In this document: piece after piece, positions 9,769 to 18,550 of the stretch
Layout: every line of letters begins with the position of its first letter
How positions within the stretch are numbered: position 1 is the first letter of the stretch
Source of the DNA: Rhodothermaceae bacterium
Lineage (GTDB): Bacteria; Bacteroidota; Rhodothermia; Rhodothermales; Bin80
Direction of reading: 5' to 3'
Assembly (NCBI GenBank): GCA_009841335.1
Contig: VXLY01000028.1
Span: 3,313-67,312, forward strand
DNA length: 64,000 nucleotides
Made by a program: the position numbers and the translations under genes
The notes under the pieces: model-generated
Seen by the model: the letters and a program-made list of their open reading frames with translations, nothing else
The model's database searches: none
What the model was told of the DNA's origin: nothing

Positions 9769-11463
9769 CTACTCAAATACCTGGTCAGGGTGATCCATAT
9801 ACCACTGCCATTCAAGCCTTTCGCGCGCGTCAAGTGTGTCTTCGCGACTCAGCAGCTGGAAGCGGTACTTTCGAAAAGCGCGCATATCCTCCTGCATGGC
9901 GCTAGTCGTCGCCTCCCAGTGCGGACTGCCGAGCCATTCGTGGGGCACTGGGTAGCTAGGATGGGCTGATCCAGTGGGGCGAACGCCTCGACCGGGCTGG
10001 CCGTAGTCACCAAGTTCAGAACGTGCCTCTTCCGCCAGTTCTGACAGGCGGGCCACAATGTCGGGGTGCTGGGCGGCCACATCCGTAGTCTCACCTGGAT
10101 CCTCCTGCAGATTGTAGAGCTCCGGCTGATCCATAATGGTCGTATTGACCGCAAGCCACGGTGCACATTCACCGTAGATGCCCTCGCGCGACTCTGGGCG
10201 CGCAAGATGCAGCTTCCATGGCCCGGCCCGTAGGGCCTGCAGCCAAGTCCCGGCGTAGTAGTAGTACACTTCGTGCGGACTCTTTGCTTCCTCAGATGCC
10301 TGCATAAGAGGCCACAGGCTTTTGCCATCTATGGCGCGGTCGTGCGGTAGGGAAGCGCCTGAAAGGTCTGCGATTGTCGGCATGATATCCATTATGGTAG
10401 CCAACTCGCTACAGATCGTGCCGGCCGGGATTTGGTTCGGCCATCGCATGATGCAGGGCACGCGCACACCCCCTTCCCATGTGGTCAGTTTTCCGCCTCG
10501 GAGTGGTTCCGCCGAACCGGACTGATCTTCGAAGCCCAGCCATGGCCCGTTGTCCGAGGTGTAAATGACCAGGGTGTTTTCGTCCAGGCCTAGCGACAGC
10601 AATTGATCCAGAATCAGCCCCGTACACCAGTCAATCTCTTCCACTGCATCTCCGTATAGTCCGGCATCGGAAACACCTTGGAACTCCTTGCCCGGATATA
10701 TGGGGATATGCGGCATCGGATGCGCCAGATACAGCAAAAATGGCTGATGCTGACTGCGCTCAATAAACTGCATGGATTCACGCGTGAAATCCTGCGTGAA
10801 CCGGAAATGGTTGGGACGTTCAGTGATCTTGCGATCGTTGTAATAAAGCGGCACTGCAAAATTTTCAAATGGCTGCGTGCCATTAACGATGCGAATTCCA
10901 TAGAAATAGTCAAAACCCTGGCGGTTTGGAGCAAATATGTCATCCTGTCCCAAATGCCATTTGCCTATGCAGGCGGTGGTATAGCCCAAGGGCTTGAGCA
11001 TATCCGCAATCGTAATCTCGTCAGGACTGAGTCCGAAGGGGGCATCGTATAAATGCACATCGGGCATGCCTGCCCGTACGGGATAGCTTCCGGTCAGCAG
11101 CGCCGCACGCGAGGGACTACAGATCGGGCTCACATAAAAGTCCGTAAAGCGCATGCCTTCGGCCGCCATACGATCAATGCGCGGAGTCCGAATATTAGGC
11201 GATCCATAGATTCCTAGGTCATTGTAGCCCTGGTCGTCGGTAAAAATGATCACGAAATTCGGTAACTTCCCATGCGCCGTCCGGCAGGCGGGCAGTCCAC
11301 CGGCCATTCCGAATAACGCCGCTGCTTGACCCACCACCTGCAGGAAATGTCGTCGATGCCAGGATCCACACCGCCGCCACGCATCAGTCCTGCATGTAGG
11401 GCCCGGTTTGGCGCAACAACTGCAGGGAAAATGCATGAGACCACCAATGTCTGCGACGCCCAA
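9769..11463 (-). CDS. sulfatase (S1 family) with Tat-type signal and about 90-aa C-terminal extension
   Basis: The motif CSPSRAALLTGSYPVR is present, with GKWHLG and YTSDNGPW. The N-terminus contains HRRHFLQVVGQAAALFGMAGGLPAC. The true start may be the Met at 11436. Confidence 0.9.
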   Translation of the reverse strand: MGVADIGGLMHFPCSCCAKPGPTCRTDAWRRCGSWHRRHFLQVVGQAAALFGMAGGLPACRTAHGKLPNFVIIFTDDQGYNDLGIYGSPNIRTPRIDRMAAEGMRFTDFYVSPICSPSRAALLTGSYPVRAGMPDVHLYDAPFGLSPDEITIADMLKPLGYTTACIGKWHLGQDDIFAPNRQGFDYFYGIRIVNGTQPFENFAVPLYYNDRKITERPNHFRFTQDFTRESMQFIERSQHQPFLLYLAHPMPHIPIYPGKEFQGVSDAGLYGDAVEEIDWCTGLILDQLLSLGLDENTLVIYTSDNGPWLGFEDQSGSAEPLRGGKLTTWEGGVRVPCIMRWPNQIPAGTICSELATIMDIMPTIADLSGASLPHDRAIDGKSLWPLMQASEEAKSPHEVYYYYAGTWLQALRAGPWKLHLARPESREGIYGECAPWLAVNTTIMDQPELYNLQEDPGETTDVAAQHPDIVARLSELAEEARSELGDYGQPGRGVRPTGSAHPSYPVPHEWLGSPHWEATTSAMQEDMRAFRKYRFQLLSREDTLDARERLEWQWYMDHPDQVFE

Positions 11464-11468
11464 ACAGT

Positions 11469-12560
11469 CTACAGCCCGAATGCCACGGAGACGACATGCA
11501 CCGACCCAAGCAAGCCGAATTCCCAGAATGCGTACCCCAGATTGAGCGTGTAGTCACTGAGGCCTACATTGACACCGCTGCCCAGAGTAAATCCTTCCTC
11601 GTCGTAATTGAAGCGATATCCGCCACGGATCGACAACAGGTTGCGAAAGGTGTACTCGGTGCCGAAGTTCACCTTCTCGGCGCCATCATTGGGGTGTACA
11701 AACTCTGCAGCTATTGTCAAGTGATGCAGACCGCCGGCATCGCCTTCAATAAGGTCATAGGCCGCACCGAAGCTGAAATTGACCGGCATACGGACATCCG
11801 CCGGTTCGTACCCGATGCGCTCGTCAAAAGCAGCAAGCTGCGTATCGGGGCCGATGTTGCGACCCACCATGGTGACACGCAGACTTCGAATGCCCGTATG
11901 GAACACCGTGCCGATGTCCACCGCCCAGGCGCCCACAGTTGCGTCGTCAAGGGTTTCCGAAATGTATTTGATGTTGACGCCGAAGTGCAGCTGCTCTGTC
12001 ACCCTGCGGGCATAGCTGACCCCCACCGCAAGGTCCCGAGCGGTCACGGTCCCAAGATCCGTAAGCACCTCCGAGCGTCCGGTGGGAATGCCATCCAGTA
12101 GGATCGGTCTGTTTTCGGTACGCGACATGTCGCCGTAGTCCAAAAACAGCAGGTTTACACCGATGACGCCGATGCCCTCAAAGTGGCGGGCGGCAGCCGC
12201 GCTGTAGTAGTTGATGTCGGCAATCCAGCGCACGTTTGAGAGCCCGACATTGAGATTGGTCACATCCACCAGCGAGGCAGGATTAGTGAGCGACGATGCC
12301 GCTTCGCCACGCCCCAATGATGAGATGACTCCGCCCATAGCAGCCTGGCGTGCGTTGGTCGGCAGTTTAAGGAACTGAAATCCCGACTGCCCTACGCGGT
12401 TGAAGTCTGTTGGAGGAAGCCCGGCACCAGGGTCCGGGGTGAATTGAGCATGCGCGGGGGCCAGACTGGCGGTCAGGAATGCCAGGTAGGCCAATAGGAA
12501 AGTCAGTCGCTTCATGAGATTTCTCGGAAAGTGGGTACGGGCAGGATTAAATACCATCAT
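11469..12560 (-). CDS. PorV/PorQ-family outer-membrane beta-barrel protein
   Basis: Signal peptide MKRLTFLLAYLAFLTASLAPAHAQ (likely start 12515). This is followed by GQSGFQFLKLPTNARQAAMGGVISSLGRGEAASSLTNPASL, the characteristic N-terminal PorV/PorQ motif (FL.i...AR..AMGG....... NPA.L). The C-terminal residues end in an aromatic beta-strand pattern (VSVAFGL). Confidence 0.7.
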   Translation of the reverse strand: MMVFNPARTHFPRNLMKRLTFLLAYLAFLTASLAPAHAQFTPDPGAGLPPTDFNRVGQSGFQFLKLPTNARQAAMGGVISSLGRGEAASSLTNPASLVDVTNLNVGLSNVRWIADINYYSAAAARHFEGIGVIGVNLLFLDYGDMSRTENRPILLDGIPTGRSEVLTDLGTVTARDLAVGVSYARRVTEQLHFGVNIKYISETLDDATVGAWAVDIGTVFHTGIRSLRVTMVGRNIGPDTQLAAFDERIGYEPADVRMPVNFSFGAAYDLIEGDAGGLHHLTIAAEFVHPNDGAEKVNFGTEYTFRNLLSIRGGYRFNYDEEGFTLGSGVNVGLSDYTLNLGYAFWEFGLLGSVHVVSVAFGL

Positions 12561-14533
12561 TTGACGATCATGAACTTGCCTATGCTTGACTCTCCTTCAT
12601 GTCCTTGCACATGCGATTCGATATGGTAGATATAAACACCCGGTTGGACGTTTTGGAAGAAGCGCGTCAGCAGGTAATCCCCGTGCATCGCAGAGCCCCA
12701 GGCCTCTTCTCCGAAGCCATCGTTGTGCTCAATGGTGCGCACGAGCTCCCCGGCAACAGTGAAAATGCGGATGGTGCATTGGCCAGGGATGTTCAGAAAG
12801 CTGATTCGCTTCTCCTCGGATGGATCAGCAAGCCCGCTAACCTGACGGAACGGATTCGGGATCACCAGCACCTCGGACAGATCGTTGCTCGGTGCTGGCT
12901 TGGCCGCCAGAGCATGGTACGTATAGGCGGTGAATCCGCTTTCATTGCCATCCAAATCGTAAGAGGTAACCCAATGACGGTACGGAATTCCTGGCTCGGC
13001 AGGAAGGCGGAAGGTCACCTTCCCCCCGGCAGTGAGCCCCTCGGCTTCAGCGCGTGTCAGGTCAGCGGCTTCGATCCATGGCCCTTCAATCCTTGACTCA
13101 GACCGGTATACTTTGTATCCGGCAAAGTCATTGGTGCCCGTGATGGGATCACGGTAGTTGGGAGGCACCGCTGTCCACATGAGCTCAAATCCCTGTGTAC
13201 CCTGTTCTATGTCAACGTAGAGATCAACCTGCAACTCGTCGTCATTGCTGGCAAACGGAGCGTCGCCGACCGTCGGAGGCGGAAACGCTGAGATGCCCTC
13301 ATTCCAGTTGCCTGTCCGTCTGAATCCGTCTACAATATCTAGCGCCGCCTGCCAATTCGCCTTCAGATTGGCCAGTCCCTGCGACAGATAGTTTTGGGTG
13401 GCATTGAGTCCCCCTAACTCACTGACATTGCGGTCCATTTCGCCAAGCGCAACGACACGAATGAGCTCAACTGACTCCCCCGGTGCAATGTCATAGGGTC
13501 CGATCCCCAGGTTAAACGACGGTACACGTTCATGCTGGTTTCCATCTAAGGTGCCCCCATCCGCATTGGCGTCCCGCCAGCCCATGCGGGCCTGCTGCGC
13601 CGTCATGCGAGTAAAGACGTACGTCGGATCCTGGTTGGTCGGCTGCCAGAATTCTTCATCAGGTGCGCCGGGGTTTTCATTCAGGATGCGGTGAAAAATA
13701 CCTTGGTAGACCGTCGTCTCACCATGCTTGTTGGGCGTGACATAGACAATGTTGTCCGTAAAAAGCTGCGGAGAGTACAGGCGCCGGTCAATCGAATTCT
13801 GAATTGTGATATTGCCGGGATCGCCGCGGTCACCGGTCTGATCGCCTGGGGAAATATCATAGGCCACCGGCGCCTGGTTGGGCGGCATTGAGGTATCGTC
13901 GTAGAACACGAAATTGCCCTGCTCCATACGAAAATTGCCGAACCCCGGATCCCACAGGTATTCGTCGTCAAAGGTCACGCCGTACGGAATGCCCAGGCTG
14001 ATATTGATGCCGTAGGCGACGCTGTAGTACCAGTTGGTGACTTGGACACTGCTCTCGTTGGTGATCACTTCCCGCTGTATAATAAAGTCGTCATATTTCG
14101 GCAGGCTCCATACCATGCGCTTGCGCGAAACTGTCAGCGGAATGACCGGGACTGAAGACCCGGATGGGTCCACAGACGTAACGGTCTCGAACGAGTATTC
14201 TTCTGCCTCAGTCAGGCTTTCTGTGAAATTGTAGTTCTTTACCAGCGTGTGATTGACGATGTTGAAGCCGGGAAAGCCAGCGGTAACCTGCTGCGTGCCA
14301 TCCACATCGCCCGCCCAGTAGCTTAAGGTATTGAACCAGTTGGATGGCGCTTCAAAATAGCCGGGATACGAGGCCAGCCAGATCGGCGGATGAGGCACCG
14401 ATTCACTAATGACCGTCCAGAATTTGCCCCGCGTAAAGGTGTGATTCGTGCTGCTTTGGCCGTTGACTGCCGTGCAGGGCAGAACCACCATCAGGACCGC
14501 GATCAGGGTGCTGTGAATTGTATGAGATTTCAT
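12557..14533 (-). CDS. secreted protein with FN3-like domain and T9SS C-terminal sorting domain (CTD)
   Basis: Signal peptide MKSHTIHSTLIAVLMVVLPCTAVNGQ. An FN3-like segment is present (GYKVYRSESRIEGPW...YRHWVTSYDLDGNESG). The last 90 aa or so (VIPNPFRQ...ISFLNIPGQCTIRIFTVAGELVRTIEH...GVYIYHIES...GKFMIVK) match the Por secretion tail / FlgD-Ig-like CTD pattern. Confidence 0.65.
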   Translation of the reverse strand: MKSHTIHSTLIAVLMVVLPCTAVNGQSSTNHTFTRGKFWTVISESVPHPPIWLASYPGYFEAPSNWFNTLSYWAGDVDGTQQVTAGFPGFNIVNHTLVKNYNFTESLTEAEEYSFETVTSVDPSGSSVPVIPLTVSRKRMVWSLPKYDDFIIQREVITNESSVQVTNWYYSVAYGINISLGIPYGVTFDDEYLWDPGFGNFRMEQGNFVFYDDTSMPPNQAPVAYDISPGDQTGDRGDPGNITIQNSIDRRLYSPQLFTDNIVYVTPNKHGETTVYQGIFHRILNENPGAPDEEFWQPTNQDPTYVFTRMTAQQARMGWRDANADGGTLDGNQHERVPSFNLGIGPYDIAPGESVELIRVVALGEMDRNVSELGGLNATQNYLSQGLANLKANWQAALDIVDGFRRTGNWNEGISAFPPPTVGDAPFASNDDELQVDLYVDIEQGTQGFELMWTAVPPNYRDPITGTNDFAGYKVYRSESRIEGPWIEAADLTRAEAEGLTAGGKVTFRLPAEPGIPYRHWVTSYDLDGNESGFTAYTYHALAAKPAPSNDLSEVLVIPNPFRQVSGLADPSEEKRISFLNIPGQCTIRIFTVAGELVRTIEHNDGFGEEAWGSAMHGDYLLTRFFQNVQPGVYIYHIESHVQGHEGESSIGKFMIVK

Positions 14534-14583
14534 CTGTTCAGACTCCTCCAGTTTATTGGTTGACTAAATGATTCCGGGTGTTC

Positions 14584-17500
14584 CTAGAAGGTCACCTGGA
14601 GTCCGAAATAAACCTGCCTTGGCAGGAGACCTTGATTGTACCAGTCCCACTCGCTCTCCTCCCCCGTGGTCGGATTGACCGGCAGCATTCCTTCTTCGTG
14701 ATAGGTCTCTAAAGCATTGCCGGTCAGGAAGTTGAGCCGCTTGGAGTTGAACACATTGTGGACATCAATGCTGAATTCCATTTCTGCAACACCAGGCATA
14801 TTAATCCCTTTGGAAAGGCGCAGATTTGTATTGCGGTGGGGCTTCCAGCGCCGGTTGTTGGGTTCGGTGGAGAAATCTCCCGGCGAGTGATAGGTATAGC
14901 GGTGCCCACTTGCGTATACGTAGTATGCATTGAGGCGCCAGTCGCCCAGAGGATGAAAGAAGCCAAGTGCCGGCCCAAATTCCGGTGGCGAAAAGAGGTC
15001 CAAGATCAGCTTCACACTGGTGGTTGGATTCCAGGTGTCGCTGTTGGTGCCCGACAGCCCCTTATCGCCCAGGCTCACGCCATGCAGCGTATTGGGTCGA
15101 ACCGGGTTGCCCTCCTCATCCGTGATGAAGACCTGCCGGAAGCCGTACTGCCCGGAGCGGACGAATGACCTGTTGAAAATGATTCGTGCACGAGCATGCT
15201 CCAGGAACAGGGAGTGCAGGGACAGCTCCAGGCCGCGTACGTCCACATACCCCCCATTGGAAGTGACGCGGCTACGGCCGCCGCCCGGCGCAAATCCGAG
15301 TGGGTTCGCCGCATCAAAATGCACTTCCGTGGTTACCGCCCCACCTACACCGAAGAGGTTATCGCCGATATTGTTGGGCGACTGCCGTACACCCAGCGAG
15401 GTCAGGCTCTTTCCATCCCTGTAATAAACCGTGACATCCAGATTTGCAACGCCCGGAATATGTTGGTCAAATCCGAGCTCGTACTGGATAATCTTTTCAA
15501 AACTGAGGTCTGGATTGCCCGTACTGGTGTTCGGGTGATAGAACACAAACACGTAACTCGTCGTGTCCGGCGAGGCATGCGGAGCACCGGCGGACGAGCC
15601 AAAGACGTGAAAAATGGTGGGGCCGCCACCAATAAGCTGCCAGGCTGGACGCTGGTTGAAGTGCCCATAGGAAAAATGGAGCACTGTATTTTCGGTGACT
15701 GGGTGAGAAATACCGAAACGCGGTGAGAGGACGGCCTTGGTTTCAGTATCCACGCCGTGTTCTTCATCAGAATACGTGACTATTTCGTCGGGCGGTACGC
15801 CGACCATGTTGGTGATCAGTGCAGGATCGAATATAGACGGCGCCACTTTCGTGTTGGCATTGAACGCATCAAGGCGCAGTCCAGCGTTGATCACCATACC
15901 ATTGACCTCAATTTTTCCTTGCGCGTACGCGGCGGCGTCCCAGGGATTGAAGTCGGGGCGGGTCGCATGGTTGGAGTAAACGGCACCGGGCATGGCGCCT
16001 GCCTTGAACCGCTTGGAGACGTACTGCGGCGAATACATCGCCCCAGTCTTAACCTGGAAAAAACGGTTGATCTGATTGGTGTAAGCGGCCTTGAACAACC
16101 AGGCATCTGCCTCCGCGGTGAGCTGAAAAATGCCGGGGTGTCCCCGGTGAAAAATCGGCGGCAGCAGAAATAGCGGATTGCCGGGAATCATGGTCTCGTC
16201 CCATTGCGTTCCGAATTCCTCGGAGTTTGGATCGTACGTGTCGCTGGCTTCCAGCTGCCTGAAGTTGTTGCGGTCCAGGTCCATTGATGTGTAGCTCGCC
16301 TGGACATCCAGGAAGGAGGCAGGATTGAATACGTGCGTCCATTTCAGCTGCCCGCTCTTGAGTCGCATGTATTCCGGGGGCGAGGGCAACTGAAAAATAT
16401 GCGAAGTACCGTACGGCCAATACTTGAAGGTGGAGTAGCCCGAATAGTAGAACGGCGCCGGACCCCAGAGGCCGGCAATAAACGAATCTTCACTGGACCA
16501 ATAACTCAGCCGGGGACCCTCGGTATTGTTGAACCCCTGAACCATCCCCGACAATTCCAGTCGGTTGCTGCGGGATAGCTGATAGTCAAACTTTCCCTGA
16601 TAATTCCAATCTCTAGAATAGGTTAGATAGGCCGGAAATTCCGGGGCATCCTTGAGATACTTTCCGGACAGCAAGAAGCCGAGTTTGTCGGTGATCGGTC
16701 CGTAGATGGTTGCTTCGGTTTCCCAAGTCGCGCGCTCGGCGTATTGCTGCATTCGCCTGGACGGTTCTCCGAAAAGATCTCCGGAAATAAAGTTCCTCCA
16801 AGCATCCAGTCGTTCTTGGGGTGTTCTGTTGACCCACTCGCCTCCTCCCGTATTCTCCGTCCAGTAATCCAGGGTCGCCATGGTTGCCCATTCGTAATTC
16901 TCCTGACTGTAGATATTTCGGCCCCAGTGGTACTTGCCAGCGGGCCGCAGACGCGCGCGAACCGTTCCCTGAATGCGATCCATCGCCGACTTGGTAACGA
17001 TGTTGATGATGGCCCCCATTGCTCGGCCGTATTCCGCATTCCATCCCCCAGTGAGCACTTCAAGCTCAGAAATGGCCGTGGTGTTGACACTTGTCAGATT
17101 GCCGCCAGAAACATTATCCCGCAGGCTGAGCCCATCCATGTAGTAATTGTCCTCCAGACCGAAGCCGCCGCGAATGCCTCCGTTAATGTTGGTAGCTGCC
17201 TGGGTTTCGATAGCCTCCAGGACTGTGTTGGCCCAGCTGTTGGCTATTTCTTCGCCACTCATGCGCTCCTTGCTGCCGGTCAGGTCGACCTCCACGGGCG
17301 GACGCTCGGCAGTAACCACGAGTTCGTCGGTCTCGAGAACCGCCTCGGTCAGTTCGAAGTCTACCGGCGTTGTCTGATCTATGAATACCCGGGCGTCCGT
17401 CTTCGTGACAGTCACAAATCCGACGAAAGACGCCTGAACGCTATTTAGGCCGGGTGGCACCCGCAGTATGAAGTAGTTGCCATCCACATCGGTGGCTGTC

Positions 17501-17664
17501 CCAAGGCCCGTCCCGACAACAACGACATTGACCCCCGGCAAGGGCTCGCCAGTGCTGGCATCGGTAACTGTTCCTTGAATTTTGCCCGTCTGGGACTGGG
17601 CCAGTGCCACACCCTGAGAGGCCATAAGCAGGGCGAAAAGGAGGGTAGATAGTCGAGTAGGCAT
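14584..17664 (-). CDS. TonB-dependent receptor with N-terminal carboxypeptidase-regulatory-like domain (no cognate SusD)
   Basis: Signal peptide MPTRLSTLLFALLMASQGVALAQ. CarboxypepD_reg-like segment GKIQGTVTDASTGEPLPGVNVVVVGTGLGTATDVDGNYFILRVPPG. Plug region (VVTAERP...) and a terminal aromatic barrel strand (YFGLQVTF). Confidence 0.85.
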   Translation of the reverse strand: MPTRLSTLLFALLMASQGVALAQSQTGKIQGTVTDASTGEPLPGVNVVVVGTGLGTATDVDGNYFILRVPPGLNSVQASFVGFVTVTKTDARVFIDQTTPVDFELTEAVLETDELVVTAERPPVEVDLTGSKERMSGEEIANSWANTVLEAIETQAATNINGGIRGGFGLEDNYYMDGLSLRDNVSGGNLTSVNTTAISELEVLTGGWNAEYGRAMGAIINIVTKSAMDRIQGTVRARLRPAGKYHWGRNIYSQENYEWATMATLDYWTENTGGGEWVNRTPQERLDAWRNFISGDLFGEPSRRMQQYAERATWETEATIYGPITDKLGFLLSGKYLKDAPEFPAYLTYSRDWNYQGKFDYQLSRSNRLELSGMVQGFNNTEGPRLSYWSSEDSFIAGLWGPAPFYYSGYSTFKYWPYGTSHIFQLPSPPEYMRLKSGQLKWTHVFNPASFLDVQASYTSMDLDRNNFRQLEASDTYDPNSEEFGTQWDETMIPGNPLFLLPPIFHRGHPGIFQLTAEADAWLFKAAYTNQINRFFQVKTGAMYSPQYVSKRFKAGAMPGAVYSNHATRPDFNPWDAAAYAQGKIEVNGMVINAGLRLDAFNANTKVAPSIFDPALITNMVGVPPDEIVTYSDEEHGVDTETKAVLSPRFGISHPVTENTVLHFSYGHFNQRPAWQLIGGGPTIFHVFGSSAGAPHASPDTTSYVFVFYHPNTSTGNPDLSFEKIIQYELGFDQHIPGVANLDVTVYYRDGKSLTSLGVRQSPNNIGDNLFGVGGAVTTEVHFDAANPLGFAPGGGRSRVTSNGGYVDVRGLELSLHSLFLEHARARIIFNRSFVRSGQYGFRQVFITDEEGNPVRPNTLHGVSLGDKGLSGTNSDTWNPTTSVKLILDLFSPPEFGPALGFFHPLGDWRLNAYYVYASGHRYTYHSPGDFSTEPNNRRWKPHRNTNLRLSKGINMPGVAEMEFSIDVHNVFNSKRLNFLTGNALETYHEEGMLPVNPTTGEESEWDWYNQGLLPRQVYFGLQVTF

Positions 17665-17800
17665 GATTTACCTTGTTCTGCTGACAGGATTATCCCAATG
17701 GGAGCACGAGGCGCCATGAGAGTCTGCACAGCAGATACCTACATCATCATTAAGCCCTACAACTGTCTGCCACCACCGGACTACCCAAGCCGCCTGTCCT

Positions 17801-17829
17801 ATATTAAACAACTACTTAACAATTGTCAA
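17801..17829 (-). promoter_or_regulatory. sigma-70-type promoter candidate for the TBDR-sulfatase operon
   Basis: The minus strand reads TTGACA (17829-17824), a 17-nt spacer, then TAATAT (17806-17801). This lies about 137 nt upstream of the TBDR ATG at 17664. An 8-bp palindrome ACAATTGT (17819-17826) overlaps the -35. Confidence 0.4.
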
Positions 17830-18330
17830 GAGGGTCGGTACAAAGCCCCCACGCGACATAATTCACTCGCAATCATGAATTGTTGCGTGTTTGTCCTTGG
17901 TTAAAGACTGAGTTGAACCCACGGGGCAAGGTATCTAATTGGTGAGCCAATCAGCGCATCTAATTTGAGTCCATTGTGCAGAGTCAGCCAGCTCTGGAGG
18001 ATCCTCATACTTGTGGCATCATTGTCAGCCTGAATTCCAATTTTATTTGAGACCTTCATACCGATACTGTCAAGATTTTGTGAAATTTATAGACCGATTG
18101 TTCTCGCCGCAGTACTGCACAGTGATGACTAGAATTGAGGGGTGATGCAGTGAGGGCGTCGAAGGCCTTTTCTGTTTGACACCCACTCCTCCGGTGCAGT
18201 TGCGGTGCGGACTGGTCGAAAACGAGTCTCTGCACTTCCCCGGGCTTGAATCCGCAATGCTAATCTCTTGAACCCTGTCTGGCCGTACCAAATGGCGACA
18301 TGCCAGCGTGCCAAGCCTTGACAGACCCTA

Positions 18331-18501
18331 CTACATTTCCTGCCGCTCCACAACGACCGTGGAGGCTTCGTGGTAAGGAAATTTTCGCCTATCAGCGGAC
18401 TCCGCCCATCCATAGCCGCGCAGCACAAACTGCTTTAGCTCAACGGGGGCATTTGCCGGGTACGATTCAACTGCCGAGTGCACTTCGCCACCGATAATCG
18501 T
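18331..18501 (-). pseudogene. relic of the 3' end of a GH116 paralogue (last 56 codons plus stop)
   Basis: Own translation: TIIGGEVHSAVESYPANAPVELKQFVLRGYGWAESADRRKFPYHEASTVVVERQEM*. It aligns without gaps to the last 56 aa of the GH116 at 26631..29231 ([56 protein letters not shown]), 34/56 identical by hand count. An in-frame TAA sits immediately upstream and there is no start codon. Confidence 0.55.
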
Positions 18502-18550
18502 TTATCCAGGAACCTGGACCGTTGCATTACGCAATTCACAGCGGGTTCTG

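Noticed and set aside
17665-17800. Riboswitch (for example cobalamin) in the 130-nt or so TBDR leader
   Set aside because: I found no B12-box or other riboswitch core sequence that I could recognise. Only a weak hairpin around CCUGUCAGCAGAACAAGG is present.
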